DNA of 64,000 nucleotides from Paramoeba atlantica (lineage: Eukaryota > Protista > Discosea), in contig CDRNVI010000056.1 of the NCBI GenBank assembly GCA_977017575.1, positions 186,001 through 250,000 of the forward strand. Direction: 5' to 3'. Of this stretch, positions 47,362-59,473 are shown piece by piece. Position 1 is the stretch's first letter; the number at the start of each line of letters is the position of its first letter. The translations under genes were made by a program, and so were the position numbers. The notes below the pieces were generated by a model. The model was not told the DNA's origin, ran no database searches, and saw only the letters and a program-made list of their open reading frames with translations.

Positions 47362-47624
47362 TGCTCTGAGAGCAAAAATACGCTCGCGCGACCCCCGCTA
47401 AATAGGGGGGGAAGGTGGTAGTTGTGGGGTATGGAGGCCTTCACGCAACTCCGGGGCCTTACCGGGAACAGAAATGAGACACTATGGTTCCAGTATTTAT
47501 AGCTCGTAACTACTTTTTTGTAAAGCACTCTTTAAGTGATGAAAAAGTCATTAAGGGGTAAAAATGTCTTTAAGGGGTAAAAATGTCATTAAGGGGTAAA
47601 AATGGCCCAAACGACGTATTTTAA

Positions 47625-47900
47625 CTTCGTTAAACGCAGTGGTTGTTTTCAACTTAGAAGTCACTCATGCTGCTTCGCGTTGAAAACTACCACCGCGTTT
47701 AACGAAGCGCCTAAAAAAGAAAAATCGCTAAAAGATCATGAATAATCTAGTTTTTTAGGTGAAAAAGCTCGATTTTTTGGCAAAAAATGCGAAATTTTAA
47801 CCCGAATTTGCGCGGTTTGATACCTTTCCAGTAGGGATAGGAGGCTAATCTGACGAAAAAATCGTCGCAGAATGGTAGCTGAGGTCCCAAACTCTTAAAT
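47625..47900 (-). mobile_element. Family H terminal hairpin module (inverted orientation)
   Basis: Reverse complement of 53130-53378 and 61735-62040. Confidence 0.75.
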
Positions 47901-48367
47901 TACGTTTTAAGAGTCGGTTTTGGAAAAACAAATTACATTAATTAAAATTACATTATTATTATTTTTGGGATCAAAAAAGAAACCTTTTTGGTCCCCTCCT
48001 TGTTGGACCCAACCTTGTTTCCCAACCTTGTTGGACCCCTCCTGCGCGTTCCAGGGAGGCAAAAGCCCTCTTTTGCGAGCAAGGCCCAACTGTGAGCGAA
48101 GTCCACTTCTGGAGGCAAAAGCTTCAGCGTGCGGGTCGCGCACTGAGAATCTATGTCTAGGATTGTGCAACGCGGACAAACAGCGCGGGTGAGCTCACAG
48201 AGAAGTTGAAAGCTGTGTGACCCAATTTACCCGTCCGGAGGAGCTCTACCACTGATGAGTATGGCGGGGGAAGATTTATGGATAGAAAGGAATTTTTCTG
48301 TCCAAAGGCACTTTATTTGTCCAAAGGCATTTTATCTGTCCAGAGGCATCGGTCCTGTCCGGCCGCC

Positions 48368-48704
48368 ATTGCGGTAGTTGTATAACTACCGTATACCCCC
48401 CCAGTAATAGAATGGGTTTTGGGCCAAAAAATGGCTAAATCTCTGTTACTCGGGGGAGGGCTTTTTTCCCCAAAAATGGCGAAATCTCTGTAACTGGGGG
48501 GGGGGGGGGGGCTATTACTGGGTGGGGGGGGGGGGTATACGGTACCGCCTTACCTTCGATTATTGAAAAAAAGCGAACAAAAACAATGAAAATATAAAGA
48601 GGAACACAGTAACAAATTTATAGTAGAAGGCGGCCGGACATTTTTTGGCCCGAAACCCATTCTATTACTGGGGGGGTATACGGTAGTTATACAACTACCG
48701 CAAT
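48368..48704. mobile_element. MITE with ~60-bp TIRs
   Basis: ATTGCGGTAGTTGTATAACTACCGTATACCCCCCCAGTAATAGAATGGGTTT and its inverse at the other end. Confidence 0.85.
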
Positions 48705-49041
48705 TGAAGAATATGACCATCTCGTAACTTATTACTATACCCCCCCTGCTTATGAGTTTCACCTATTCTGGCACGTTTATGAGTTCCTTTTTCTAAGGCG
48801 AATGATTTTGTATCCACTTCGCGATACGACATGTACGTCCGTTGTGCACCTTAGAAAAATGCGTTTTCGTTCATTATCTCCATATTAACGCAGCTAGAAT
48901 GTATTCACGTGATTTTTATCCATTTTTCTACGTTCACATTTCGTATTTTTCAAGATTTTCGCATTTTTTTGCTATAAAACTTTATTTCGTACGCCAATTG
49001 ACCAATATATCATCAACAAGATGGTCTAATCCGCCTTCTGA

Positions 49042-49647
49042 ATGGAAAACTCATATGTCTTGATGCAGACGGGTATGATGCCCCCACAGGTTACACAGAA
49101 TGAGGTTTCTGACTGGAGGCTGTACGACACCCTGAGAATTACAACATCAGTTGCAACCCGCGTGGAAAAGGAAATCACCGGTCAGACTGCTGTCGGTGAG
49201 CTCTCCGACTACGAAAAACTGATTATCACCACTTCAGTCGGAACCCGCATGGGGGAGGACAGTATCGATCCAATCCCTGCTTCAGTGGCAAGAGGGTCGC
49301 TTGACGTTCACAAGGCTCCGCAACATAACACGCAAAGAAAATATGAAGATGTGAAAAAAAATCGACGTTTGTCAAGCAAAATCAAACGTCTTGAAACGAA
49401 GATAGAAAAAAACTGCAAAACTTTTGCGCTAGAGAACCTAGCAACTTTGCGAGAAGAGAACGTCATTTCAGCCAACACCAAAAAGAAATTAGAAGAGCGA
49501 AATAGGCTCATAGAAGCAGAGTGTGCTTCCAAGGCACTACATGAAAAGTATTTGTTGGAAGTCCTCGGAAAAATTCAAAAACAGTACATTTATACAAGCG
49601 CTAGCGAAACAAGTGAGAAAAAAAACTGTGAAGCGCGGGCGTACTAA
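49042..49647 (+). CDS. Hypothetical coiled-coil-rich protein
   Basis: 201-aa ATG-started ORF; no recognised motif. Confidence 0.35.
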   Translation: MENSYVLMQTGMMPPQVTQNEVSDWRLYDTLRITTSVATRVEKEITGQTAVGELSDYEKLIITTSVGTRMGEDSIDPIPASVARGSLDVHKAPQHNTQRKYEDVKKNRRLSSKIKRLETKIEKNCKTFALENLATLREENVISANTKKKLEERNRLIEAECASKALHEKYLLEVLGKIQKQYIYTSASETSEKKNCEARAY

Positions 49648-50189
49648 AAAGACCAAGAGAGGACTCAAACCGCGCGATACCTCCACTTTGATTGTTCAGA
49701 AAGGAGCAAAAGGTAAGGGCTCCTTGAGCAAAGAGGGGATATCGAATTTTAAAGCCTTGCTTTAAAATATAGGTAACACCTATATTTTACAAGGCTTTTT
49801 ACACCTTTCCAAGTTCGATTTAAACTGATGTACCAGAGAGCTGTTGGTTGATGAAACGGAAATAGTATATACTACTATACTATTATGTAGTATGTATTAT
49901 GTATATAGTACACCTGGAGTTTTTCAGCGTTGGCAACTGGCCTACATGTTTAATTTGGAGAAAACGACATGTCCAAGGGTTTGGTTTAGCGACTACGACT
50001 CAGGTTCTCTTAAATCTGAAAACAGCCCTATTGGCAAATGGGAAAACCTGGAAAAAGCAGAAAGTCTTCTACCTAAAGCGTTGAGCGAAACACGCTCTTT
50101 GTCCTTAAATGACATCGGTGACGCGTACAGCCACATCACCCATGGTACTCTTGTTCCCTCGCGTCACAGGCCCTGCCAACTTCTGACTA

Positions 50190-50680
50190 ACAATGGATAC
50201 TCATATTCAATGAAGAAGAGAGATCTGTGTCTCACGCAGCGGCAAAAAGAGTACCGGATCAAATTTGTCGAGGTGATGCTCAGGCAAGACTCGACCTTAC
50301 TCGACCGTTTGGTTTTCTCTGACGAAACACCAATTTTAGCAGGAGATCTGAGCAAGAAGGCATGGCAGCACCCTGATGCTCCCGTCTTTATGGATCGCCC
50401 TGTCGTCTTTATGGATGATGGAGCCCCTGGGCATCGAGCGAAGGATACGATGCAGTGGTGGCAAGCTCGCGGGGATCTTACCGTGCTACGCTCACTGCAA
50501 GCAGAGGAAGATGGACCTTTTCTTCGTTGGCCAGCGGACTCCCCTGATCTCAACCCGATAGAGAATCTTTGGGACGCAGTAAAGCGCTTCAAAAATAAGA
50601 AGCGGCCACGAACCAGGCAAGAAAGCGAAGTGCGCCAAACTCCACGCGTCATTTCAAAAGCGACTCAGAATGGTTATTGA
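50190..50680 (+). pseudogene. Tc1/IS630-like transposase, internally deleted (D47E spacing)
   Basis: LVFSDET, FMDDGAPGH, WPADSPDLNPIENLW. Confidence 0.8.
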
Positions 50681-50812
50681 GTATAAAGGTGAGAAGATAC
50701 CTTTTTGAAATTATAGAGAATTATAGAGAGAGGCGGTGCGGGCGTTTTGTAAGTTCGTTCGAGTCGGAGCTTATCTTAGCGTCGCGTGGAAACACTAAAC
50801 CTGTGATGAAGA

Positions 50813-51124
50813 TTTTGCTTGGTCTGGGTAGGTCGTGCGTGAGGGGCCGGCGTACCTAATTAGCTTAGGTCGGGTCAATAAGGGGAATCTGTTAGCGGAG
50901 AAAAAATCCTTCTCTGATCCACTTTGCGTTTGGTACGTGGCAAGGCCACGAACGACCTTACCCTTTCCTTTTGCTTGGTCTGGGTAGGTCGTGCGTGAGG
51001 GGCCGGCGTACCTAATTAGCTTAGGTCGGGTCAATAAGGGGAATCTGTTAACGGAGAAAGAATCCTTATCCGATGCACTTTGCGTTTGGTACGTGGCGAG
51101 GCCACGAACGACCCTATCCTTTCC
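50813..51124. repeat. 156-bp tandem duplication with fold-back ends
   Basis: Units start at 50813 and 50969; GGGTAGGTCGTGCGTG pairs with CACGAACGACC(T/C)TA(C/T)CC. Confidence 0.9.
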
Positions 51125-52278
51125 CTCTATTCGCCACACAGGTGTAATTCTCTGCGCGATGCACTTGAGTAGCACCCGCCACCGTCCTTGGTTACCGGAC
51201 GTGTATACGCACATGTTTTATTCAGTTGACATTGTTTTTCTCTTGTACTTTACTTACTTGTAGGTTCATGTTACACAAATAGCAGTCATTTAGATGGAGG
51301 CACAGGAGTAGGAAATCTACTCAAACGATAAAGATACCGTTTCTGTAAAAAGGTACCTTCTTCGAATGTTGGACACAACCCCGTAATGGGGAAGTAAGTT
51401 CGGAACCTCTTCCTGGTTCTAACAACATTCATCAAAAGGCTGTTTTCCTGTGTGGGATGACGATGCTAGTTGTAAATTACATTCTTGCATTGTAAACCAC
51501 CCCTTCCTCTGTGCAACCACTATCAACAAAGTGAAAAATTGGTTATGCCAAAAAAAATGTCACTTTGCGGGAAAATTGAAAGTTACGCCCCCTCGCAAAC
51601 GAGTACAATGGGGTTGTCATGGAAAAAAAGATTTTCCTGAATAGAACTCTTCCTAGAAACGCCGAATAACCACTTTTTACACAGTTTCAATCATTTTTTC
51701 GAGGTACATAATACCGGGCAAAACAGGGTGAACGGGGGTGTAATTGAATCGCTAAGCATCTCGGGGAACAGCTACCGAAACAGCTGCCTGAGTCATGAAC
51801 GAGACAGCTATCTAGGGGACCGAGCTAGAAAATAACTACTCCTTGAGTATCTAACTAGCAATTGAATTGATAAGACGAACTAAAATTTACTATACACTGT
51901 AAAAGTAACTGACTCAGAACCAACCAACTGACTCAGTAAGGTTTCTAAATGATGAGCGCACTTGCGGGTTAACGTACTAGTCGGATACTTTTACTAGTAA
52001 TTTACTATTGGACTTATTACATGTATGTGGCTATCTGGTGACTCAAATCACTCACACACTCACTCACTTATCAATTGCTTATTCCTGGATCTCACTCGAT
52101 ACGCAAGAGGGTACGCAGCAAACGATAACATGTAGAGATTTTTATGATAAAAAATACGCCATCTATGATAATGCACGATCTGCATGAAATACAATGTATG
52201 AAGAATATATGAAAATAAAAATCCAAATATACGTCCTAACTATACGATACCCAACGAGGGTTCTACTGACCTAGGGTG

Positions 52279-52605
52279 CATCCGACCTCCGTCCCGACAG
52301 GAAGTGCGCATAACGTTCCCTATGGGGTAGTAATGCATTACTTCCTTTCGTGCGCTGCGGTCTCCTTTAACCCTGCCGGACAAAGCCTAGGTCGGGACAA
52401 AGCCTAGGTCACCTCCCCCCCTTGTTTTTATCTACATACGTTTTAATTGCAACATCGTCAGAAAGCGTTAAATTGCACATCATAGCATCACGTTACCTCG
52501 ATCATCCTTCCATCACCTTTCCATCATACCATTTCTCAGGTATGTGGCTCCGGGCTTTGGACCGGAATTGCAGGGTTAAAGGAGACCACAGCGCACGAAA
52601 GGAAG
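52279..52605. ncRNA. Conserved structured element, copy 2
   Basis: Homologous to 6603..6854 with a longer loop; 52341-52376 pairs with 52570-52605. Confidence 0.5.
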
Positions 52606-52930
52606 TCGTCGTCGCTGCGGCAAAACGTCAGAAGGCTCTGCCTTCTGCTTTTTGCCTTGCGCCTCCTCCTTCCTCTGCGGTCTTTCGTATCCCACACTTC
52701 AAGTTGAAAAAAGCATGTGGCAAATTGGGGTTTGCAAATCGCCTCCAAAGAAGGGGGTCTCGAGTGGCCCAAAAGGTGCGTTTTTATTTCCTAAAGCTAT
52801 CTATTTATGGTGATGCCTTTGGTTCTTTGTGAAAAAAACTTTTTCCGGAAAAAAAAAATCGGTCCAAATATCGGGCCAAATTTTATTAATATAGGATAGC
52901 GAGGGAGGAGTATCTCCCTCAAAAATATAT

Positions 52931-53378
52931 AAAAGGGGCTCCGGTGGTTCAAACAATATTTTCAAACAAATTCGGACCATGGGTCCATGGGGGGATCCAG
53001 GGTAGAGGGGGGGTTCAGGGTAGAGTATGCCGCGGCGATAATTTCCCACTCCCCCACCTGGGGGTGACCCCCCCCTGGTACGCGCAGGAGGGGTCCGGCA
53101 CGGTCAAAATTTCCAGATCCAAATTATTTCTCCGAAAAGGACTCCTAAAACGTGTTTTAGGAGTTTGTGGCCCCAGCTACCATTCTACGACGTTTTTTTC
53201 GTCAGATTTTTCGCCTAAAGATCGAACTTTTTCACCCGAAAAAATAGATTATTCATGACCTTTTGGCAATTTTACTTTTTTAGGCTTTTCGTTAAACGCG
53301 GAGGTAGTTTTCAACGCGAAGCGAGCAGCATGAGTGACTTCTAAATTGAAAACAACCACCGCGTTTAACGAAGAGCCT
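52931..53378 (+). mobile_element. Family H partial copy ending in a hairpin
   Basis: 33-bp arms 53282-53314 and 53346-53378 with 3 mismatches. Confidence 0.75.
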
Positions 53379-53464
53379 CAAAACGAAATTGATACTACAT
53401 ATTTTGACAGGGCAATATTCTTATTTTTATCACTTAACTACTTTGTGAAATTTACTTGCGGTAA

Positions 53465-54223
53465 ATGTACGGTACCTATTGCATCGACGACGGATCCGAT
53501 TTACGTCGAGGCAAAGTGACCTCTCTGCTACTGCCCCAGGAGGATATGCTTGAACGTCTAATTTCAAACCTAACTGAAAAGCATAAATCCTGGCGTACGA
53601 CGAAGAGGAATATTTTTGGGAACGTCAAGCGTTTATCGGCATGCCAATGGCGAGGCGTTACGTGTGATGAGGATCAAACAGTGAGCCTAATAGATTGGTC
53701 TTCAAAGAACCTTTCGGGCACCTTACAGTGGGAATTCTTACCTTATACGTTGCAACATTGTAACCTTTACTGTAACAAGCTAGGTGGGTCACCTAAACTT
53801 GATGCGCTGCCATCACGACTTACTTATTTAAGCATTTCGATCAACCATTTTACCGGTGAGTTAAACTTAACCCAATTGCCAAACACATTGTCTACACTTG
53901 GGTTGAATAACAACCAATTTGAAGGGAATGTTGATCTTACGAATCTCTGTTCTGGGATGAAATGTTTACGTCTTCAAGGAAACCGACTTTGCGGTGCCGT
54001 CGATCTTTCTTACTTGCCAAAGAATTTGCAACGCTTAGATTTATCCAGGAACAGATTATCCGGGTTAGTGATGTTTGACCGTCTTCCTCCAAACTTGTTA
54101 TGTCTGTATGTAGACAAAAACGAGGATCTTTATGGCGAAATTGACAAGTCGGTTCTTCCTAAGACTTTACAACCTATTGAGTTCCTGGATACAAACATTA
54201 AATACAGTATAAATGCAGTATAA
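53465..54223 (+). CDS. LRR protein, subfamily B (one repeat shorter)
   Basis: Lacks the GPLSL..P.SL repeat present in 10931, 41494 and 44285. Confidence 0.9.
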   Translation: MYGTYCIDDGSDLRRGKVTSLLLPQEDMLERLISNLTEKHKSWRTTKRNIFGNVKRLSACQWRGVTCDEDQTVSLIDWSSKNLSGTLQWEFLPYTLQHCNLYCNKLGGSPKLDALPSRLTYLSISINHFTGELNLTQLPNTLSTLGLNNNQFEGNVDLTNLCSGMKCLRLQGNRLCGAVDLSYLPKNLQRLDLSRNRLSGLVMFDRLPPNLLCLYVDKNEDLYGEIDKSVLPKTLQPIEFLDTNIKYSINAV

Positions 54224-54479
54224 GTAATTTATAAAATAGTAGTATAAGTACAGCTATAAAATGGCCGTTTTCACCTAAAAGATACTAGTGGTGCGCGCTA
54301 TTTCGAGACTATTTGGACTATTAGTCTGTTCATTTACTTATTTATTGTCTACTAGATACAACGGGCGAAGTGAGATTTTTTTAGCGAATAGTAAGTATAT
54401 CACTTCATAAGATGCCTTTCTGTACATTTTTCGTTCATAAAAAGCAGATATTACATTTTTTTCGAAAAGTGTGCAATCT

Positions 54480-54790
54480 TCCTTGAATTCCACCCTTCAA
54501 AGTAATAAACTTTCAGGCTTGATCCACAACGTAAAGAACATTGTTCATTGAGAACTTTATCTACCCCGCCATCATCTACCAAGCCAAAGAACTTAGCGTC
54601 ATCGATAGTGCGGCGAATTTCGGCTCAAATTTTATCAGCAACTCGGTGTTCGCTTATGTGAAATTCGAGCGGACCACGCAACGTAACTAAAGCTTCAGAA
54701 AGATGCGTATCAATAGGAAATCCTTCAAAAAGGATCCTACACAAGCCAGAAACCTCTCGGCTGAATGCAGAGGTCGGCAAAACTACAAAA
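54480..54790 (-). pseudogene. Possible hAT transposase fragment
   Basis: EIRRTIDDAKFFGLVDDGGVDKVLNEQCSL resembles the hAT motif around the first catalytic Asp. Confidence 0.4.
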
Positions 54791-55044
54791 ACTATTTTAT
54801 AGTACTATCATAGTACTATTAACTTTGAAACACGATAAAAAGGAAGAAGGATTTTTGAACAGATTTATGAAAAACGTGAAAATACCGAATTTTGCTTCAG
54901 TTTAGCCCCTTCTAGACAAAATGGTCCTATTAAAGGCGGGGTCGTGCATAGCCTTATTGAATAGGGGGTAATATGTATCGAGATTGATATTCCAACCTTT
55001 TAGTTCGCTGGTGTGTCAGCGGACTGTGGTTTGTATCTCCCAAT

Positions 55045-55992
55045 ATGTTTTCTTGTTTCACAATACTTGATACTTACGTATGTACGTTTATAATGCTTGC
55101 AACCTCACTTGCAATCCTTCTTCGTGTGGCAGATGACGAAAGTGGTGGACAAGGGTGTAAAAAGCGTCGAAAACTAAACGAGAGGATTTCTCCTGTGAAT
55201 GTGAAAAATACCCCGCATAAAGTGCGAGGCGCCAACTTACCACAAGAATATGAACTCGCACGATTTATCCAAAACATTTCGAGTCCTGATTCTTCTTGGA
55301 ACACTTCAACACCTGCGTGTGAGTGGCAAGGTGTGAAGTGTGACAAGGATTTACAGGTAACAAGTCTCCTGTGGAGCGCTACGGGTCTTGTCGGGTCATT
55401 ACAATGGTCGTATCTATGCCATACTTTACGTAAAATCGAGCTTTGGGAAAACGAGCTTACAGGCAATGTATCACTTCATATGTTACCACCTGAACTTGTG
55501 GACCACAACGCGTGCGTCAACACGTTTACAGGGGAAGCCGATTTGGCAAATTTGCCAATGACACTGAAAGAACTCGTGTTGGAAGAAAATCAACTAAATG
55601 GGAGCATCGACCTCACTCATTTACCTGTAACCTTGACAGATTTATGGCTTCGTGATAACCAATTTTCTGGGGACATTGATTTAGCGAACTTACCACCTAA
55701 TTTAAAAATGCTCATGCTAGGGTACAACAGATTCACAGGACCGCTTGATCTGCAACATATACCCTCGTCGCTTCATTCGTTGGAGTGTCAGCACAACCTC
55801 TTCAGTGGTAAATTAGGTTTGGACCCGGTCCCTGAGAATTTGTCTTATATTCGACTGGACTACAATCCTGATCTGTACGGTGAAGTCGACAAATCAATTA
55901 TTTCTCGTTTAAAATATGGATTCAACACTATTCGCGCTCAAGGGACAAAGGTACGAGTAGAATTCTATATAAAAGGAAATTCGCCGCAATAA
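55045..55992 (+). CDS. LRR protein, subfamily C
   Basis: HKVRGANLPQEY, CEWQGVKCD, about 8 LRRs; start may be the ATG at 55093. Confidence 0.9.
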   Translation: MFSCFTILDTYVCTFIMLATSLAILLRVADDESGGQGCKKRRKLNERISPVNVKNTPHKVRGANLPQEYELARFIQNISSPDSSWNTSTPACEWQGVKCDKDLQVTSLLWSATGLVGSLQWSYLCHTLRKIELWENELTGNVSLHMLPPELVDHNACVNTFTGEADLANLPMTLKELVLEENQLNGSIDLTHLPVTLTDLWLRDNQFSGDIDLANLPPNLKMLMLGYNRFTGPLDLQHIPSSLHSLECQHNLFSGKLGLDPVPENLSYIRLDYNPDLYGEVDKSIISRLKYGFNTIRAQGTKVRVEFYIKGNSPQ

Positions 55993-58229
55993 TGAATCCA
56001 AATTTATGGTTATTGATTGTGGAGTTCTTCTTGTAAATGACATGAACTTCATGCTTTTGATTCAAACGTTTTGAGGATTGTTTTTTTTGTTAAAGTCAGG
56101 TAGTTAATCGGAGCCGGTTATCTCCGGAGAGGCACGTAGTATACTCCCCCGTTCACTCATTTCTATAAGCGTCTTCCATAAGTTTTTGAAAATTAATTTA
56201 TGGAAGACCTACATCGCTTATGTTTACCATAGCCCTACGTAGGTAATTGAGGGATCGGTGTACCGGATGCTTGGCCATAACGCGGGCAAAAAGATCCTTG
56301 GCCTCTTCGGCGCTACTCCATCCCGATAGAGTTCGACGAACTTTCTCAATTTTTTGCAGGCGCAGCGTGACAGTTATGGATTGGCCGTAGATACGGATTA
56401 TAGGTGAAGTTCTGGGTCGGTCCTCCGTACTTCAGACCAGCTAGAGTCGCAACTGGCCCTCATAACGCTCAATTTTGGCTGTCACGAAGCGTCACGCGCT
56501 GACTGCACAGTCACCTATGACGTCACTAAGTATTTGATCTGAATGCTGATTTGACGAAGTCCACTTCGTGCTGATTGTAGTGAAGCAGCTTGTACTTGCC
56601 AATGTGTGCAAAGAACCGTTCAACGCTGTTTCGGATCCTTCGAATGGTTCATCCACGTTGTCTCCTATCTCCTAACAGAAACAATGCGGCACGTTTCTGT
56701 ACGCCTTCTCGACCATGATTCGTTCACCTTTTGCGTGCGGAAAGACAAGGAGTCTGAGTTGGCGAAGCATTCACTGTCGTGTATCCGCCCTTCGAATGGA
56801 CTCTCACGCCAAAGGGTGGCCATCTATCATTAACAAAACTTGGGAAGTCCAATATTTTGTCAAGTGCTTTCCGTTGTACAGCTCCTTAGGGCCTCGAGAG
56901 TACATGGGGACGCCATCTAGGATGCTTAAATACGCTACAAATTCTGACTAGAGGACAGTTTAGCGTCGCTCCTTATCCGCGAGATTGCCGACAGTATCTG
57001 AAGCACGAAGCGCAGGACGTATGTGCAGTTCCCACACTGCAGAAGGAGAAAACTTTTCAGATCCCAGATAGGGCACTAAAATTGCAAGAGTCTGGGCATG
57101 AGCCACATTTATGTGTCATGGCCAACGCTCGAAAAACGGAAAAAACGTCGCAAGTTAGCCTTCTAGAACGCTCAACGGTAAATTCAACGGAATCATCAAT
57201 CTCAAAATGTTTTAAATGGACATTCTCTTCAAGTTTCTCTACATGCGCCATGGCCTTAGTGGTTCCGTTGCGACTGTTTGTGATTTCACATTTTAGATCT
57301 TTGCTTCGCTCTCGGGTTCTTTCGGAATCTTCTACTGTGTTTCGCCGAAAGCGAAACTATTCTGAAACCACTTCGCTACGCGGAGTGTACTCCGCGTCAT
57401 TAAAATGCATCAGCTCTATCTCACGTGACTGTGAGCAGAACGAAGAATCGATCGGAACGTCGTATAAATTTTAAGATAACCACTTTACCGTATTGAGAAT
57501 CTTTTAACTGTTACCTTCGATTGTTTATCAAGCGCTCTTTTGTAAGAGCACTATGACCGTGAAGAAGACTTGTTAGCTCATCGTGAACCCGCTTCATTGC
57601 ATCTTGGCGAGCACTATTGAAACCTCGTAATCGCTTTCTTTTGCGTCCCCCATGATTCACCGTTATTTGAATTTTTTTCCGCTTATTGTCTTAATGGAAC
57701 GAATTGTTTTGCTTGATACTCCATAAGTTTTTGCTAGGTGTTTGACGGAATCACCTGATCGACAAATTGTAAGCTTTTGAATTATAGATAATTGTCCACG
57801 TTTATCAGGTTTTACAGAGGCAGCGTTTGAAGTCATTGGCGTTCTGGATTCCGGTACTATTGTTCCAGTTTCATCCGCCGAGATAGGGAATATGGGGTTC
57901 GCTAGTTGCCCTACATTTGGGAGCGAGGGACCGGGAATTATCCACTCGCTAAGTGTCCCCGGCGCTCCCCAAAAGTGAATTGTCCAGCACGAACCCGCGC
58001 CATACCTCGAAGAGTCATGTGAAAAGAATTGCTAATTTGATTGCTTGTTTTAAAATCATATGCGAAAAGAAAATATCAAAATTTTTAAGACGGAGCAAGA
58101 AAACAAAATTAAAATCTTCCTCATTTTGCCCGAAAAGAAAAGAACCTATAATTTATAGGTTCCCTTTATAATAAAGGGGGGGGGGGGGGCGAGGCTATTA
58201 TAAACGGGGCGAGGGGGGTACAGTAAATA

Positions 58230-59408
58230 CAGGGGGGGCGCAGCTAAATCTGAAGGGGTCCAAATTCGTATAACTTGGCCAATTTTGGAATAGCGCATTC
58301 GAGAGCTCTCGCAAATCCCTCTGGTGGAAACTAGGTCGTTTCCCGTACTTGTTCACATTTTATATAAAGGCAATCGGGTCAAAAACGCTAAATGCAAGAT
58401 TTTTATGGAAATTCGACTTCTGGAAAAAACCTAAAAAAAAACTTCACCTTAGTACCCGTAATGACCGCCATCCCTTTCTATGACAATGCGCATCCGGTTT
58501 AGCACACTCTTTATAGTGTTTTTTACATAATTAACTTCATTAATCAGAAAGTAGTACGAAGCTTGAATAGCATCGTTTAATGGGTTGATGCCGGATTTGT
58601 GGGTATCCATCATGGACCACAAATTTTAAATAGGTGTTATGTCCGGGGATTTTGCGGGCCAGTTTAGCATTCTGACCCCGTTCTAAGCGAAACACCGTCG
58701 TGCTTTGTTGTGAACAGTAGAGTTGTCCATCACAACTACAGCAGCGCGATGCCGCTTTAAAAAAGAAGGAAACCCCCCGCGCTTCTCCATGGCCTCCTTG
58801 AAGTTGTCCCCTTTGATGTTACAATCCCCTTCAAAGATGTGAATAAGCATTCATACCGGAGGCTAACACCCATCCACACCATAATACCCTTCCCCCCTAC
58901 CCAACGATCCATCCGAGGAGAAGAATATTTCATTGCGTCACCTTCACGACGAATGAATATTCGGTTCCCGCGACATACACGTGTAACTTAACCGTGTCTT
59001 CAGGTACACGAAAAGTACGGGCAGTCTCAGAAAAAGACCCTGTCTTGCCATAGTCCGCCACAAGAAGCATTCTGTGAGTGACTTTGGTCTGTCCGGGTGG
59101 TGAACCAGAGGTTTCCGAAAACTTTCCTCTGGAAGAAAGCGAATGCACTCTTCTTTGAGGCATGAACAATAAAAAAACTCACAAGCTTAGGGCAAAAAAC
59201 ACGAAAAATTATAAAAAACGCAATTTTTCCAAGTTGAAGTTCTGAAAGTTCGTATTTTTTTTATCAAAAAAGTAAGTTCTAAAACAACGGGAAACTATCT
59301 GATTTCCACCAGAGGGATTTGCGAGAACTCTCGAATGCGGTATTAGTTTCCAAAATTGGCCAAGTTATACGAATTTGAACCCCCCCCAGATTTACCTGCA
59401 CCCCCCTG
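58230..59408 (-). mobile_element. Deleted Tc1-type (DD32E) element with both TIRs and TA duplication
   Basis: TA|CAGGGGGGG ... CCCCCCTG|TA; pseudogene MDNSTVH..WPAKSPDITPI*NLW; HTH ORF 58930..59169. Confidence 0.9.
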
Positions 59409-59473
59409 TATTTTAACAGGGGAATATTCTTGTTTTTATCACTTAACTACTTTGTGAAATTTACTTGCGGTAA

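Noticed and set aside
50930-50970. Pistol ribozyme (CGTGG..CCACG stem)
   Set aside because: The loop pseudoknot partner and the conserved AAA and GCG/GU core are missing
56100-57900. Decayed coding sequence on the minus strand
   Set aside because: Several open stretches but no recognisable motif; cannot be assigned without a search
58620-58700. Stop-codon reassignment (TAA/TAG = Glu): two stops here and one at about 16890 fall on Glu positions, including catalytic ones
   Set aside because: Other premature stops align to Arg (TGA), Lys or aromatic residues; intact genes end at ordinary stops and use GAA/GAG and TGG; single G-to-T decay explains it
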